DNA of 38,357 bases from an uncultured Candidatus Saccharibacteria bacterium (GTDB taxonomy: Bacteria > Patescibacteriota > Andersenbacteria > UBA10190 > CAIZMI01), in the NCBI GenBank assembly GCA_964630025.1, contig CAZVRG010000006.1, forward strand, positions 1 to 38,357, written 5' to 3'. Numbering within the stretch: position 1 is the stretch's first letter; the number at the start of each line of letters is the position of its first letter. Made by a program: the position numbers and the translations under genes. Below the pieces are notes generated by a model. That model was not told the DNA's origin, made no database searches, and saw nothing but the letters and a program-made list of their open reading frames with translations. Of the stretch, positions 8,491-17,317 are shown one piece after another.

Positions 8491-8495
8491 AGGGA

Positions 8496-8524
8496 AGTAT
8501 AGCAGTTCTGAACCCACTCGTCAA
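8496..8524 (-). promoter_or_regulatory. Sigma70-type promoter
   Basis: TTGACG-N17-TATACT on the minus strand. Confidence 0.8.
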
Positions 8525-8655
8525 TTTTCCAGCACGATGAAGAAGGATTTCCGCTGCAGAAAGCCAAATCTTTTTTCCTCTCCAGGGAGACGTGTACGAG
8601 ATGCGCGTGCTACGCGGAAGTTTTCCACACGCCCCTGCGGGGGCAGCGTTCGCGA

Positions 8656-10068
8656 TTAGGGAATATTCCCGCGGTTTCCTGTAGGCGCCCATTCAATGTT
8701 CGCAGAAAACTGCACACCACGCGCGTCGGGAGCAACCTCAACCGTCAGCTGCCCGAGCGCCTCTGCCCATGTACGAAGCGCGGGCGCGGCGCCGCGCAGA
8801 GCAAACTGGACAATCGGGATATGGCGCCCCACGGCTCCATCCACAAAGAATCGCTGGGCGGAATCTTGGATATCGTCCGAACGAAGCGATACGCCCACCA
8901 AGAGCAGCGGGTCCAGTGCATTTCCAACAAGGACAAACTGGTCCCGAAATGCGGCAAAGAGATCACTGTGCCCGGGCGCTCCGGATGCCCGCAGTATCCT
9001 CCAACCATCGCGATACGTTTCTTCGATACCATCCGGAGATGCGGCTGGAGACGACGGTTGCTGCGGACGAACATGCCGAATGCTGCGTCCATTCGCGCGA
9101 ACCGTTTCTCCTGTGGCGTGTGTCATCGCGAAACGACGCGAAAGGAGTTTTCGTATTGCATCTTCAACAGTGGAGTGCGTATGTTCGTCGACAGTCACGC
9201 CGCCGGTGACGGCAATCTGTCCATCCGGCTGCGCATGAACAACAAGCAGCGACGGATTGCCATCAAGAAGCTCCGTCAGCGCTCGCAATTCCGATGCAAC
9301 GCCCGTCTCTGCGCGCACTGCCTCCAGTAATGGAGGAAGTTCGGAGGGAAAGAGGGCGGACATCGGCACGCCGTCGACAATCACCACGGCATGTTCTGGT
9401 CGCCGCAAGAGCAAACGACCACCGACGGCGGTGGCGGATGTCGCCAGAGGAAGGCGTCCCGCGATGTGCAGACGCTGTCCATCTCCCCGAACAGTGAGTG
9501 CAACAAAAGTGTTCAGGCCGCGCGGCGGTACAAGGAGAGGAAATTGTCGGGAAATCCATCGCGGGTGCAACCACACATGGACATCCGTTTCGCCACCGAT
9601 CTGCTGCCGTGACACAAACGGAAGTGCCACCGTATCTGCGGGAGGAGATACAACGCTTTCCGCATGGTCACCAATCACCGTGAGCGAACCGCTGTCGACG
9701 CCAGAAAGACCAAAACGATGCGCAACGGAACGTTCCGCAATCATGACGGTTGTATATACGTTCTCCGCAGTTTCCAGAACAAGAGTTGCGCGTATCGGCA
9801 TGGACGGAGAACGTGCCGCGGCTGGAACATCAAGAACTGTTCGCAAAAAATCGCGGGTGCTGGCATGGTCGCCTGTTGCCGCCGCTCTCTCTGCGGGTTC
9901 AAGCATCACCACACGGACCGTCGGTGGAAGACGGTGCAGAAGTCGAAGAAGTGTCGCATCGGGACTGGTAGCGCGAAGGACAAGAAAGACCAGCGCGAAC
10001 GCTGTGACAATGGCCACAATAATGATGCGCGCATCACCGATGAGCGACCGAAGCATGATGTGCGTCAT
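8656..10068 (-). CDS. Hypothetical membrane-anchored protein (DUF3352-like)
   Basis: N-terminal TM helix; EETYRDGWRIL...LFAAFRDQFVLVGN resembles the neighbouring gene; start uncertain. Confidence 0.65.
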   Translation of the reverse strand: MTHIMLRSLIGDARIIIVAIVTAFALVFLVLRATSPDATLLRLLHRLPPTVRVVMLEPAERAAATGDHASTRDFLRTVLDVPAAARSPSMPIRATLVLETAENVYTTVMIAERSVAHRFGLSGVDSGSLTVIGDHAESVVSPPADTVALPFVSRQQIGGETDVHVWLHPRWISRQFPLLVPPRGLNTFVALTVRGDGQRLHIAGRLPLATSATAVGGRLLLRRPEHAVVIVDGVPMSALFPSELPPLLEAVRAETGVASELRALTELLDGNPSLLVVHAQPDGQIAVTGGVTVDEHTHSTVEDAIRKLLSRRFAMTHATGETVRANGRSIRHVRPQQPSSPAASPDGIEETYRDGWRILRASGAPGHSDLFAAFRDQFVLVGNALDPLLLVGVSLRSDDIQDSAQRFFVDGAVGRHIPIVQFALRGAAPALRTWAEALGQLTVEVAPDARGVQFSANIEWAPTGNRGNIP

Positions 10069-10086
10069 AGAATCTTCGAAGCATAC

Positions 10087-10153
10087 TACCACGTCATGAT
10101 ATTGTCCTCTCGTATCATGCGTGGTACGAAACCGCCGGCGTAAACGCCGGCGG
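10087..10153. other. Two intergenic hairpins
   Basis: taccacg-t-catgata/tatcatg-cgtggta and ccgccggcgt-aa-acgccggcgg. Confidence 0.5.
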
Positions 10154-10175
10154 GTACGAGGTGTGTTCGAGACGC

Positions 10176-11858
10176 TTATAGAGGAAGAACCGGCGCGGGC
10201 GTTGGAGACGCGGGAATATCTGTTGCGGAAGGTGGTGGGGGTTCTCGCAACAGGATTGCGCCTGTGTAGAGTCCATCGTTCACCGGGCGGAGGACAAGAC
10301 CATCGAGAACAGCAGACATGCTGTGGTACGCCGGCGGAAGTTCGTTCTGAAGTGCTGTACTGCCACGGAAGAAAGACCACGCTGATTGATCAACCGTCTC
10401 GGCAAGAACACGAAAAGTTTCCACCGTCGCGAGTGTTGGCACTGCTTCCTGCAGCGCATCAAGCACAGCGTGCATCGCGGATCGCGACGTTGCGATGATA
10501 AGGAGATCGTCTACCACCGCGTAATCGAGCGCCCGCGTCGGGGAGCCAAAGTTCATGTACCGTACCGCCACATCGCGATACGTTGCCTCGGTAAAGGCCG
10601 CATCCGCGAATGCGGAGCCTGTCAGATAGGGGCCAAAGGCGGGACCGGCGGCCTCCAACACCCGCAGAGAAGACTGCGTATCCGTCCCCCCGGGTTTGAG
10701 CGTAAGCAGCGCAACAACATCACGAACGCCTGCAGTGTCCGTTGGCAGCGTGCCCAGAATAGCCGTTCCTTCAAAAGACTGGAGAAGGTTTCCAAACGCG
10801 TCTGAACGTTCTTGCAGCGCCTGCGCAACGGGACGCAACCCGGAAGGAATGCGTTCGGATGTGAGAACGTCGGCAAGACTGCGTAGAGGATATTCCATCG
10901 CCATCATCACGGTGTGCGGCAGTGTAGCGGCAAGACGTATGCCGGTGACGCCAGCGCTTGATGATGCGTTTTGCTGCGCAGAGGAAGGTGCGTCCACGCG
11001 CGCGACAACGCTTGCGCTTCCTCCTTCCCCGCTCGGCACAATGGCCATCACGAGAGACGCGTCGTGCGAAAGCGGATGGGAGAAAAAGGGCTGAAGAAGT
11101 GTTGCGAGTACACCCGGACGCGCCGCCATCAAGATAGGTGGCTGCGCAGGAAGCCCATGGAGAGCGCGCTGAAATGCGCGTTCCCGCCCCCAGGTACTCC
11201 CAGAGAATGCCCGCACGCGCCCAAGATTGGTACTGTCGGTAATCAGCACGCCCTCCGAGACAGATGCGAGGCCCAATGCCGGCGATGCGGAAAGATCGAC
11301 CGTGGGAATGCCACGAACAAGAATGGCAGGAACCGGTTCTGCGGCCGACGGGCCAGGCAGGAGCAGATAGGTGATATCACTGGCGCCGGCAACCTGCCCG
11401 GCCTGGAGCCCGTTCATGGTTGCAAAAAAACCGGGAAGCAGCGTGGACGCTTGGGCGTCTCCGGAACGTACGCTCACGAATGCCTGTGCCTCACTCGGAA
11501 TGCTGTCCGCAACCGTCCCTGATGAGCGGGGGAGAAGCCGTATCGCAACCCACACCCCCACGCCAACAAGGACAACCAGCGGGAGCACAAGGAGAAGCAC
11601 GGGCACGATCCGCCGGCGGGGCCGTGCATCTGCTGGCAATCCAACAACCTGTCGGGGCTGGGCAGTGGACAGCGCCGGTGCCGTACCTGCCGCAGCGGGA
11701 GGAAGCGGTCCGGTTCCCGTGAGCCCGCCGCGTGCGGCATCCGCGAGATCATCCGCCATCGTACGGATTGGCGGCAGACTCCCTCCCTCCGCACGCTGTG
11801 CACGCGGAGGATCGCTCCCGGCGACGGGAGATCGTGACGATGCAGGAACGGCAATCAT
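10176..11858 (-). CDS. Hypothetical single-pass membrane protein (DUF3352-like)
   Basis: IRTMADDL motif, one TM helix, then ATYRDVAVRYMNF...LDYAVVDDLLIIATS; start could be 11906. Confidence 0.75.
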   Translation of the reverse strand: MIAVPASSRSPVAGSDPPRAQRAEGGSLPPIRTMADDLADAARGGLTGTGPLPPAAAGTAPALSTAQPRQVVGLPADARPRRRIVPVLLLVLPLVVLVGVGVWVAIRLLPRSSGTVADSIPSEAQAFVSVRSGDAQASTLLPGFFATMNGLQAGQVAGASDITYLLLPGPSAAEPVPAILVRGIPTVDLSASPALGLASVSEGVLITDSTNLGRVRAFSGSTWGRERAFQRALHGLPAQPPILMAARPGVLATLLQPFFSHPLSHDASLVMAIVPSGEGGSASVVARVDAPSSAQQNASSSAGVTGIRLAATLPHTVMMAMEYPLRSLADVLTSERIPSGLRPVAQALQERSDAFGNLLQSFEGTAILGTLPTDTAGVRDVVALLTLKPGGTDTQSSLRVLEAAGPAFGPYLTGSAFADAAFTEATYRDVAVRYMNFGSPTRALDYAVVDDLLIIATSRSAMHAVLDALQEAVPTLATVETFRVLAETVDQSAWSFFRGSTALQNELPPAYHSMSAVLDGLVLRPVNDGLYTGAILLREPPPPSATDIPASPTPAPVLPL

Positions 11859-11906
11859 GGTGATGTGTGTATGCGAAAATTGCGGACGAACGACGTCCTC
11901 TAGCAT

Positions 11907-11975
11907 ACCCCGTTAGAAACTCTTTTGGAAATGGTATGTACGCCCAAGATGCTCTTGGGAAGGTTTCTAACGGGG
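11907..11975. mobile_element. Palindromic element copy 2 (69 bp)
   Basis: ACCCCGTTAGAAAC...GTTTCTAACGGGG; inner hairpin cccaaga-tgc-tcttggg. Confidence 0.75.
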
Positions 11976-11986
11976 CTACGAAGCTA

Positions 11987-14230
11987 TTATCGGTGTCCCG
12001 AACGGCGGGGGGCGGAACCACGTCCAAGAGACGGTGGGCGACGGCTTCCTCCGCGCCCGAAGGGTTGCACGGGACGATCAAATGCTCCCTGTTCCGTATC
12101 CGCAGAAAACTGTTCAGGGGTGGGAGTACCCTGCGGACGATTCTTCAGCGAGAGGTTGATGCGACCGAGGTGGTCTACTTCTTTCACGACCACATCAAGC
12201 GCATCTCCCAGAGCGACGACATCTTCAATGTTCCGCACAAATCCCTGGCCGAATTCCGAAATATGCACGAGCCCGTCCGTCCCCGGGATCAGTTCCACAA
12301 ATGCGCCGAAGTTCATGAGACGCGTGACACGTGCTGCAGGAAACTCTTCCCCCGCAACAATTTCCCGTGTCAAATTCTTGATCCAGGTTGTCGCTTTTTC
12401 AATACCGGCCGCGTCCGTGCTGGTAATCGACACCTGTCCGTCATCCTCCACAGTAATGTCCGTTCCTGTTTCTTCAATAATTTTGTTGATCACCGTTCCA
12501 CGCGGTCCGATCACGTCGCGAATCTTTTCCGGATTGATACGGAAGGACACGATACGGGGCGCGTAGCGCGAGAGCTCCGCGCGCGGAGACGGAAGCGCTC
12601 GTTCCATGACCCCAAGAATCTGTTCACGCGCCGTACGCGCACCCATGAGCGCTTCTTCGACGAGCGGCCGCGGCAGTCCGGGAATCTTGATATCAACTTG
12701 CAGGGCGGTTACTCCCTGGCGCGTTCCCGCCACTTTGAAATCCATATCGCATCCCTCGTCTTCCATGCCGGCAATATCGGTGAGAAGGACGGGCGCACGT
12801 CCCTGTCCGGTTTCATCCGTCACCAGGCCCATGGCAATGCCTGCCACGTGGCGCGGCACTGGCACGCCGGCATCCATCAAAGCAAGCGACGTCCCGCATG
12901 CGGATCCCATGCTGCTGGATCCGTTGCTGCTCAACACTTCCGAGACCACCATCACCGTATACGGAAACACATCCCGCGAGGGCAGGAGCGGCGCGACTGC
13001 ACGCTCCGCGAGCATGCCGTGCCCGATATCCCGACGACCGGCGCCGCGATTCGGCTTGATCTCTCCGACACTGAACCCCGGCATGTTGTAGAAATGGAAG
13101 AAGTGTTTCTTGGTGTCTTCTTCCGTCATGGTGTCGAGAATCATGATGTCATCAGGCGCGCCAAGCGTTGTGACGGACAGCACTTGCGTTTCCCCGCGCT
13201 GGAACAAAGCGCTTCCGTGCGTGCGCGGTAACACGCCCACTTCCACAGACAGCGGACGAATTTCGTTGGGCTGACGGCCATCCACGCGTTTGCGCTCCTT
13301 CAGAATCCATTCGCGTACAAGGTCCCGATGCATGTCCTGACAGAGCGCGCGGACAGCCGCGGCGCGATCCGCCGTTGTGCCCTGTTCGGTCACCAGATGT
13401 TCGGTCCATTCCTCCACGCGCGCATTGAGCTGTACCTTGGAGCCGCCTGCCTGCAGGAGTGCCGGCAATTCGCGCTGCGCGCTTGCGCGGACAGCCTCTT
13501 CCAGATCGCTGGGAAACTCCACGGTGTGTGGATCCGCCTTTTTCTGACCAACGTCCTTTCGCATTGCTTCAATGAATGCCGCGAGCTCACGCGTCATACG
13601 CATGCCCTGATCAATAGCGGCGAGAAGATCCGCTTCGGCAATCTCTGTGGCTCCTGCCTCAAGCATCACGACATCCGATGCGGTGCCTGCCACGACGAGA
13701 TCGAGCATTGCCTGATCAACTTCTTTCGATGTCGGATTCACCAGCCAGGCGCCGTCTTTGGTCCGTCCAATACGCACTGCGCCGATGGGGCCGTTCCACG
13801 GAATGCGCGATATGGCCAACGCGGCGGAGGCGGCAAGCATTGCCACAATGTCCGCTTCGTGCGCATCGTCATAACTCAACACCGTGGTGACCACCTGGAC
13901 ATCGTCCCGCATGCCCTTCGGAAACAGCGGACGAATGCTCCGGTCAATCAGCCGAGAGGTGATGATGGCAATATCCGTGGGTTTGCCCTCCCGCTTCATA
14001 AACCGGCTGCCCTTAATTTTTCCGGCGGCGTAGAACTTTTCCTCGTACTCGACAAGCAGCGGCATGAAATCCGTGCCGGGACGGGGATTCGCCATCAGAC
14101 AGGCGCCAAGCACCACCGTATCGCCGTAGCGCACGGTGACAGAGGCATCCGCTTGTCCGGCAAGTTTCCCTACCTCAAACGTGAGGGGGCGACCAGCAAG
14201 CTCGGTGCGAAATGTTCGTGAGGATGTCAT
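11987..14230 (-). CDS. pnp: Polyribonucleotide nucleotidyltransferase
   Basis: Two RNase PH domains (RLIDRSIRPLFP, HGSALFQRGETQ, SNGSSSMGS, DMDFKVAGT) plus KH and S1 domains. Confidence 0.98.
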   Translation of the reverse strand: MTSSRTFRTELAGRPLTFEVGKLAGQADASVTVRYGDTVVLGACLMANPRPGTDFMPLLVEYEEKFYAAGKIKGSRFMKREGKPTDIAIITSRLIDRSIRPLFPKGMRDDVQVVTTVLSYDDAHEADIVAMLAASAALAISRIPWNGPIGAVRIGRTKDGAWLVNPTSKEVDQAMLDLVVAGTASDVVMLEAGATEIAEADLLAAIDQGMRMTRELAAFIEAMRKDVGQKKADPHTVEFPSDLEEAVRASAQRELPALLQAGGSKVQLNARVEEWTEHLVTEQGTTADRAAAVRALCQDMHRDLVREWILKERKRVDGRQPNEIRPLSVEVGVLPRTHGSALFQRGETQVLSVTTLGAPDDIMILDTMTEEDTKKHFFHFYNMPGFSVGEIKPNRGAGRRDIGHGMLAERAVAPLLPSRDVFPYTVMVVSEVLSSNGSSSMGSACGTSLALMDAGVPVPRHVAGIAMGLVTDETGQGRAPVLLTDIAGMEDEGCDMDFKVAGTRQGVTALQVDIKIPGLPRPLVEEALMGARTAREQILGVMERALPSPRAELSRYAPRIVSFRINPEKIRDVIGPRGTVINKIIEETGTDITVEDDGQVSITSTDAAGIEKATTWIKNLTREIVAGEEFPAARVTRLMNFGAFVELIPGTDGLVHISEFGQGFVRNIEDVVALGDALDVVVKEVDHLGRINLSLKNRPQGTPTPEQFSADTEQGAFDRPVQPFGRGGSRRPPSLGRGSAPRRSGHR

Positions 14231-14249
14231 AACACTCTAAGAGCGGCAC

Positions 14250-14519
14250 TCACGCATTCAACTTCAGACGTTTCGCAATCTCTGTGTAGCGGTCTGGATC
14301 TTCACGTTCCAAATACGAGAGCAGCCGGCGGCGCTTGCTCACCATGCCGAGCAGCCCCCGGCGAGAATGAAAATCCTTCTTGTGCGACTTCAAATGTTTC
14401 GTCAGCTCGGAAATCCGTTCGGTGAAGATCGCGATCTGGACTTCTGGCGATCCCGTATCCGACTCGTGCAGACGATACTTCGCGATAATCTTCTTTTTGT
14501 CCTCTTCAATCTTACTCAT
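14250..14519 (-). CDS. rpsO: 30S ribosomal protein S15
   Basis: [13 protein letters not shown]...[12 protein letters not shown]; canonical rpsO-pnp order. Confidence 0.98.
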   Translation of the reverse strand: MSKIEEDKKKIIAKYRLHESDTGSPEVQIAIFTERISELTKHLKSHKKDFHSRRGLLGMVSKRRRLLSYLEREDPDRYTEIAKRLKLNA

Positions 14520-14538
14520 GTATGCGCGAACCAGCGTA

Positions 14539-15474
14539 TCACGACCTGCGGTGCGTCGCAAGTTGCGCGGGTGAGGAAGCAAGAAGACCGGTCTCCGCGT
14601 AGGCACGAATGCCGGCACGGATATCGAATGCGGGCACAAACCCGAGAAGCTGCTTGGCGCGGGTCATGTCACATTCTGTGTGCTCTTGATACCGGCCCGC
14701 GTACGGATTCTCGATGTATTCCGGGACACGCTGCGTGCCCAACACCGCATTCAGGAGAGCGACGAGATCATTAAATGCTGTGGCGGTGCCAGAGCCACAG
14801 TTCACAACCGCGCTCGTCCGCGCCTCCGCCGCGAGCATGTTTGCGCGTACGACATCATCCACATAGATGTAGTCACGCTTCTGCTCGCCGAATTTGAACA
14901 GCCGCGGATTGCCTTCGCGCATCTGCTGCGCGAACTGCGTAATCATGGTTGCCCGCTTGCTTTTGTGACCTTCTCGCGGCCCGAAGACATTGGAGTATCG
15001 CAAACCGACCACAGTGACGCCTTGGTGCGCCGCCGCAAAGGCCATGGCGCGTTCATCGAGCGCAAGTTTCGACTCGGCGTATGGGTTCAACGGATGGACG
15101 GGCCCGTCTTCCCGATACGGTGCGGGAACATCGCCGTACACTGCGCACGATGCGGCATAGACGATGCGTGCGCATCCGTGTGCAACGGCGTCCTGAAACA
15201 GTTTGAGAGAGCCGTCAACATTCACCCGAAACATGTTTTCGCGATCAAGATCCGTCGTGTCATTATTCGCCGCTTGATGAAACACCACATCCAGCGTTCC
15301 AAGTTTCTTCCAATCCAACGCCCAAAACTCTCGCGGGAGTACCCGCTCCCGAAGTTCCGGAAGGTCTTGTTCCCCCGTTGTTCCCGTGATCCACACTTCA
15401 TGACCCTGCGCATGGAGATGCAGCGCGAGATTGGACCCAATAAAGCCTGTCCCGCCGGTCACCAAAACGCGCAT
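14539..15474 (-). CDS. NAD-dependent epimerase/dehydratase (ADP-heptose 6-epimerase-like)
   Basis: [49 protein letters not shown]. Confidence 0.88.
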   Translation of the reverse strand: MRVLVTGGTGFIGSNLALHLHAQGHEVWITGTTGEQDLPELRERVLPREFWALDWKKLGTLDVVFHQAANNDTTDLDRENMFRVNVDGSLKLFQDAVAHGCARIVYAASCAVYGDVPAPYREDGPVHPLNPYAESKLALDERAMAFAAAHQGVTVVGLRYSNVFGPREGHKSKRATMITQFAQQMREGNPRLFKFGEQKRDYIYVDDVVRANMLAAEARTSAVVNCGSGTATAFNDLVALLNAVLGTQRVPEYIENPYAGRYQEHTECDMTRAKQLLGFVPAFDIRAGIRAYAETGLLASSPAQLATHRRS

Positions 15475-15578
15475 GACACGAGTGACAGTAGCGCGCGAGC
15501 GTGCGAGCGTGCAAGCGTGCGAACAATGCCTACGGGACGCACTGTACGAACAGCAGCACACTCGCCATGCGATGAACT

Positions 15579-15596
15579 GCTATCATTCTTGATAGC
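15579..15596. promoter_or_regulatory. 18-bp palindrome (operator-like), copy 1
   Basis: GCTATCA-ttct-TGATAGC. Confidence 0.65.
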
Positions 15597-15599
15597 GAA

Positions 15600-16007
15600 T
15601 CAGCGATCGCCGACGAATGGAAAGCGCTTCATGAATGCCGCCGGCGACCCTATGAGCACGCCTCGGTCCCATCGTGGTTGCGCGTGCGTGCGGCGAGAAG
15701 CTCGGTGACGAAGCGGAAAGAGGCGGCGATAGCCAGGACGCTCGGCATCGAGCCACCGATCTACCCGCCGGATGAGATTCGGGCTGACATGAAGCGCATC
15801 CTGAATCATCCGGTAGCTTTGGCCGCCAAGGAGGCGTGCCGCGATTTCAAGTCGGCGCACAAGCACTGTGCGTTCCGTCTTGGTAAGGAAATACCGAAGA
15901 AGGATGAGGGTATCGGTTCCGCGACGCTTCTCGAAGAGATCACGAAGCAGCGTCAGCGCCCGTTGGTCGGCCGCGAGCGAAATCTCTACTGATCGTCTTC
16001 GTGGCAT
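15600..16007 (-). CDS. TrpR/YerC-like HTH protein
   Basis: FLTKTER..LVRRLEIAARLLGGQSYRMIQDALHVS...IRRV Trp-repressor-family pattern. Confidence 0.8.
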   Translation of the reverse strand: MPRRRSVEISLAADQRALTLLRDLFEKRRGTDTLILLRYFLTKTERTVLVRRLEIAARLLGGQSYRMIQDALHVSPNLIRRVDRWLDAERPGYRRLFPLRHRASRRTHAQPRWDRGVLIGSPAAFMKRFPFVGDR

Positions 16008-16027
16008 TGCTATCATTCATGATAGCA
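16008..16027. promoter_or_regulatory. Palindrome (operator-like), copy 2
   Basis: TGCTATCA-ttca-TGATAGCA directly before the ATG. Confidence 0.65.
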
Positions 16028-16083
16028 GACGCACACAGGAGTGCATTGCAACACTGTCTGGTACGCTCTGGTATGCTAGTGAT

Positions 16084-16983
16084 GTGCCATCACCTGAGGC
16101 GGTATCAAGATCAGCTGATCTCTTCACATTCCCGGAACCGCTCGCGTCGAATCTCGAGGGGTTCGCCGCGCCGTTTTCCAGCTGGTTTTTGTACACCCCC
16201 GCCCGTGCGCTTCTCGACGCGGGTGAAGGCATTGCAAGCCGCTTAGGGAACCGCGTATTTGTGCCCGAAGTCGTCTTTCTCACACATGCACACTATGATC
16301 ACATTGCCGGACTCACGGGATTTCTTCTCGCCCGCACGTCCGCTCGCGGAGACGACGAAAAACCGCTCACCATCTATTATCCGGAAATCGCCGAACGCAA
16401 TTTCGCCAATTTGCGCGGATACGTCGATACGGTCGTACGCAGAAAAACATTTCCGCTCACGTGGAAAGCCGTTGCTATTGGGGAGCGCATTCCGGTGCGT
16501 CATTGGTTCGTCGAACCGTTCGCAACGAAGCACTCCGTGCCCTCCGCCGGATACCGTTTTCTCGAGATGCGACGTCGCTTGCGTCCCGCGTTCCAGGGGA
16601 AGCTCCCGCAAGAAATCATCCAGCTAAAAAAAGAACAGGGTGACGATACGCTCCACGAAGAGTACGCGCACGTCGTTCTTGCCATGACGGGAGACACGGG
16701 CCCGAGCATTGATGGATCACTCTTCACGAATGCCGACGTGCTCGTCCACGAAGCAACATTCCTCAAGCCGGAAGATCGGGAAGGCGATGACCACGCAACG
16801 GCGGAAGATGCATTCATCCTCGCGCGCAATGCGCACGTGAAAACGCTCGTGCTCTATCACATCAGCCAACGGTATTGGCGACGCGACATGCAGCGCGTCA
16901 TTCCCGCGCTGCAAAAAAAGACCGGCTACCAAGGCCGCGTCGTAGTCGTCGCCGGATTCACGCACCCCGACGGGTTTTACTAA
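16084..16983 (+). CDS. rnz: Ribonuclease Z, Thermotoga-like (MBL fold)
   Basis: FSSWFLY, LDAGEG, FLTHAHYDHIAGL, TGDT, HEATF, DHAT, LYHISQRY; GTG start 6 nt after TATGCT. Confidence 0.85.
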   Translation: MPSPEAVSRSADLFTFPEPLASNLEGFAAPFSSWFLYTPARALLDAGEGIASRLGNRVFVPEVVFLTHAHYDHIAGLTGFLLARTSARGDDEKPLTIYYPEIAERNFANLRGYVDTVVRRKTFPLTWKAVAIGERIPVRHWFVEPFATKHSVPSAGYRFLEMRRRLRPAFQGKLPQEIIQLKKEQGDDTLHEEYAHVVLAMTGDTGPSIDGSLFTNADVLVHEATFLKPEDREGDDHATAEDAFILARNAHVKTLVLYHISQRYWRRDMQRVIPALQKKTGYQGRVVVVAGFTHPDGFY

Positions 16984-17273
16984 TTCCTTCCATTCTTCGC
17001 GAGGTTGGAAAGCTTCGTGAGGTTGATCGTGACGGACACAATAATCACCGAGAGGATAAGCGCGTAGAGGAACTTCGCGATGATGCCGCTTGCGGAAGGG
17101 AAATACTCACGGAAAACAGATTGAATGGCGTCATTCCACGCAAGCGCGGCGACCAGCCCGAGCGCGGACGTTGCGAGGGTGAGGAGCTGCGCGGAAATCT
17201 CGCCGGTCAGTCCTTTCACCCAACGGACGACCGGACCAACACGCGCAAAATTTCCGTGTTCTTCAATGGTCAT
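16980..17273 (-). CDS. Small two-TM protein (DUF5654-like)
   Basis: LATSALGLVAALAWNDAIQ...KFLYALILSVI. Confidence 0.8.
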   Translation of the reverse strand: MTIEEHGNFARVGPVVRWVKGLTGEISAQLLTLATSALGLVAALAWNDAIQSVFREYFPSASGIIAKFLYALILSVIIVSVTINLTKLSNLAKNGRN

Positions 17274-17317
17274 ACGCGACACGCATCCTACAGACGATCG
17301 TGAAGAGACACAAGAGC

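Noticed and set aside
11867-14221. Long + strand ORFs antisense to pnp, and similar ones antisense to gyrA, clpC, rpsA and ftsH
   Set aside because: Shadow ORFs expected from GC-rich codon usage on the opposite strand; no recognisable motifs or start signals.
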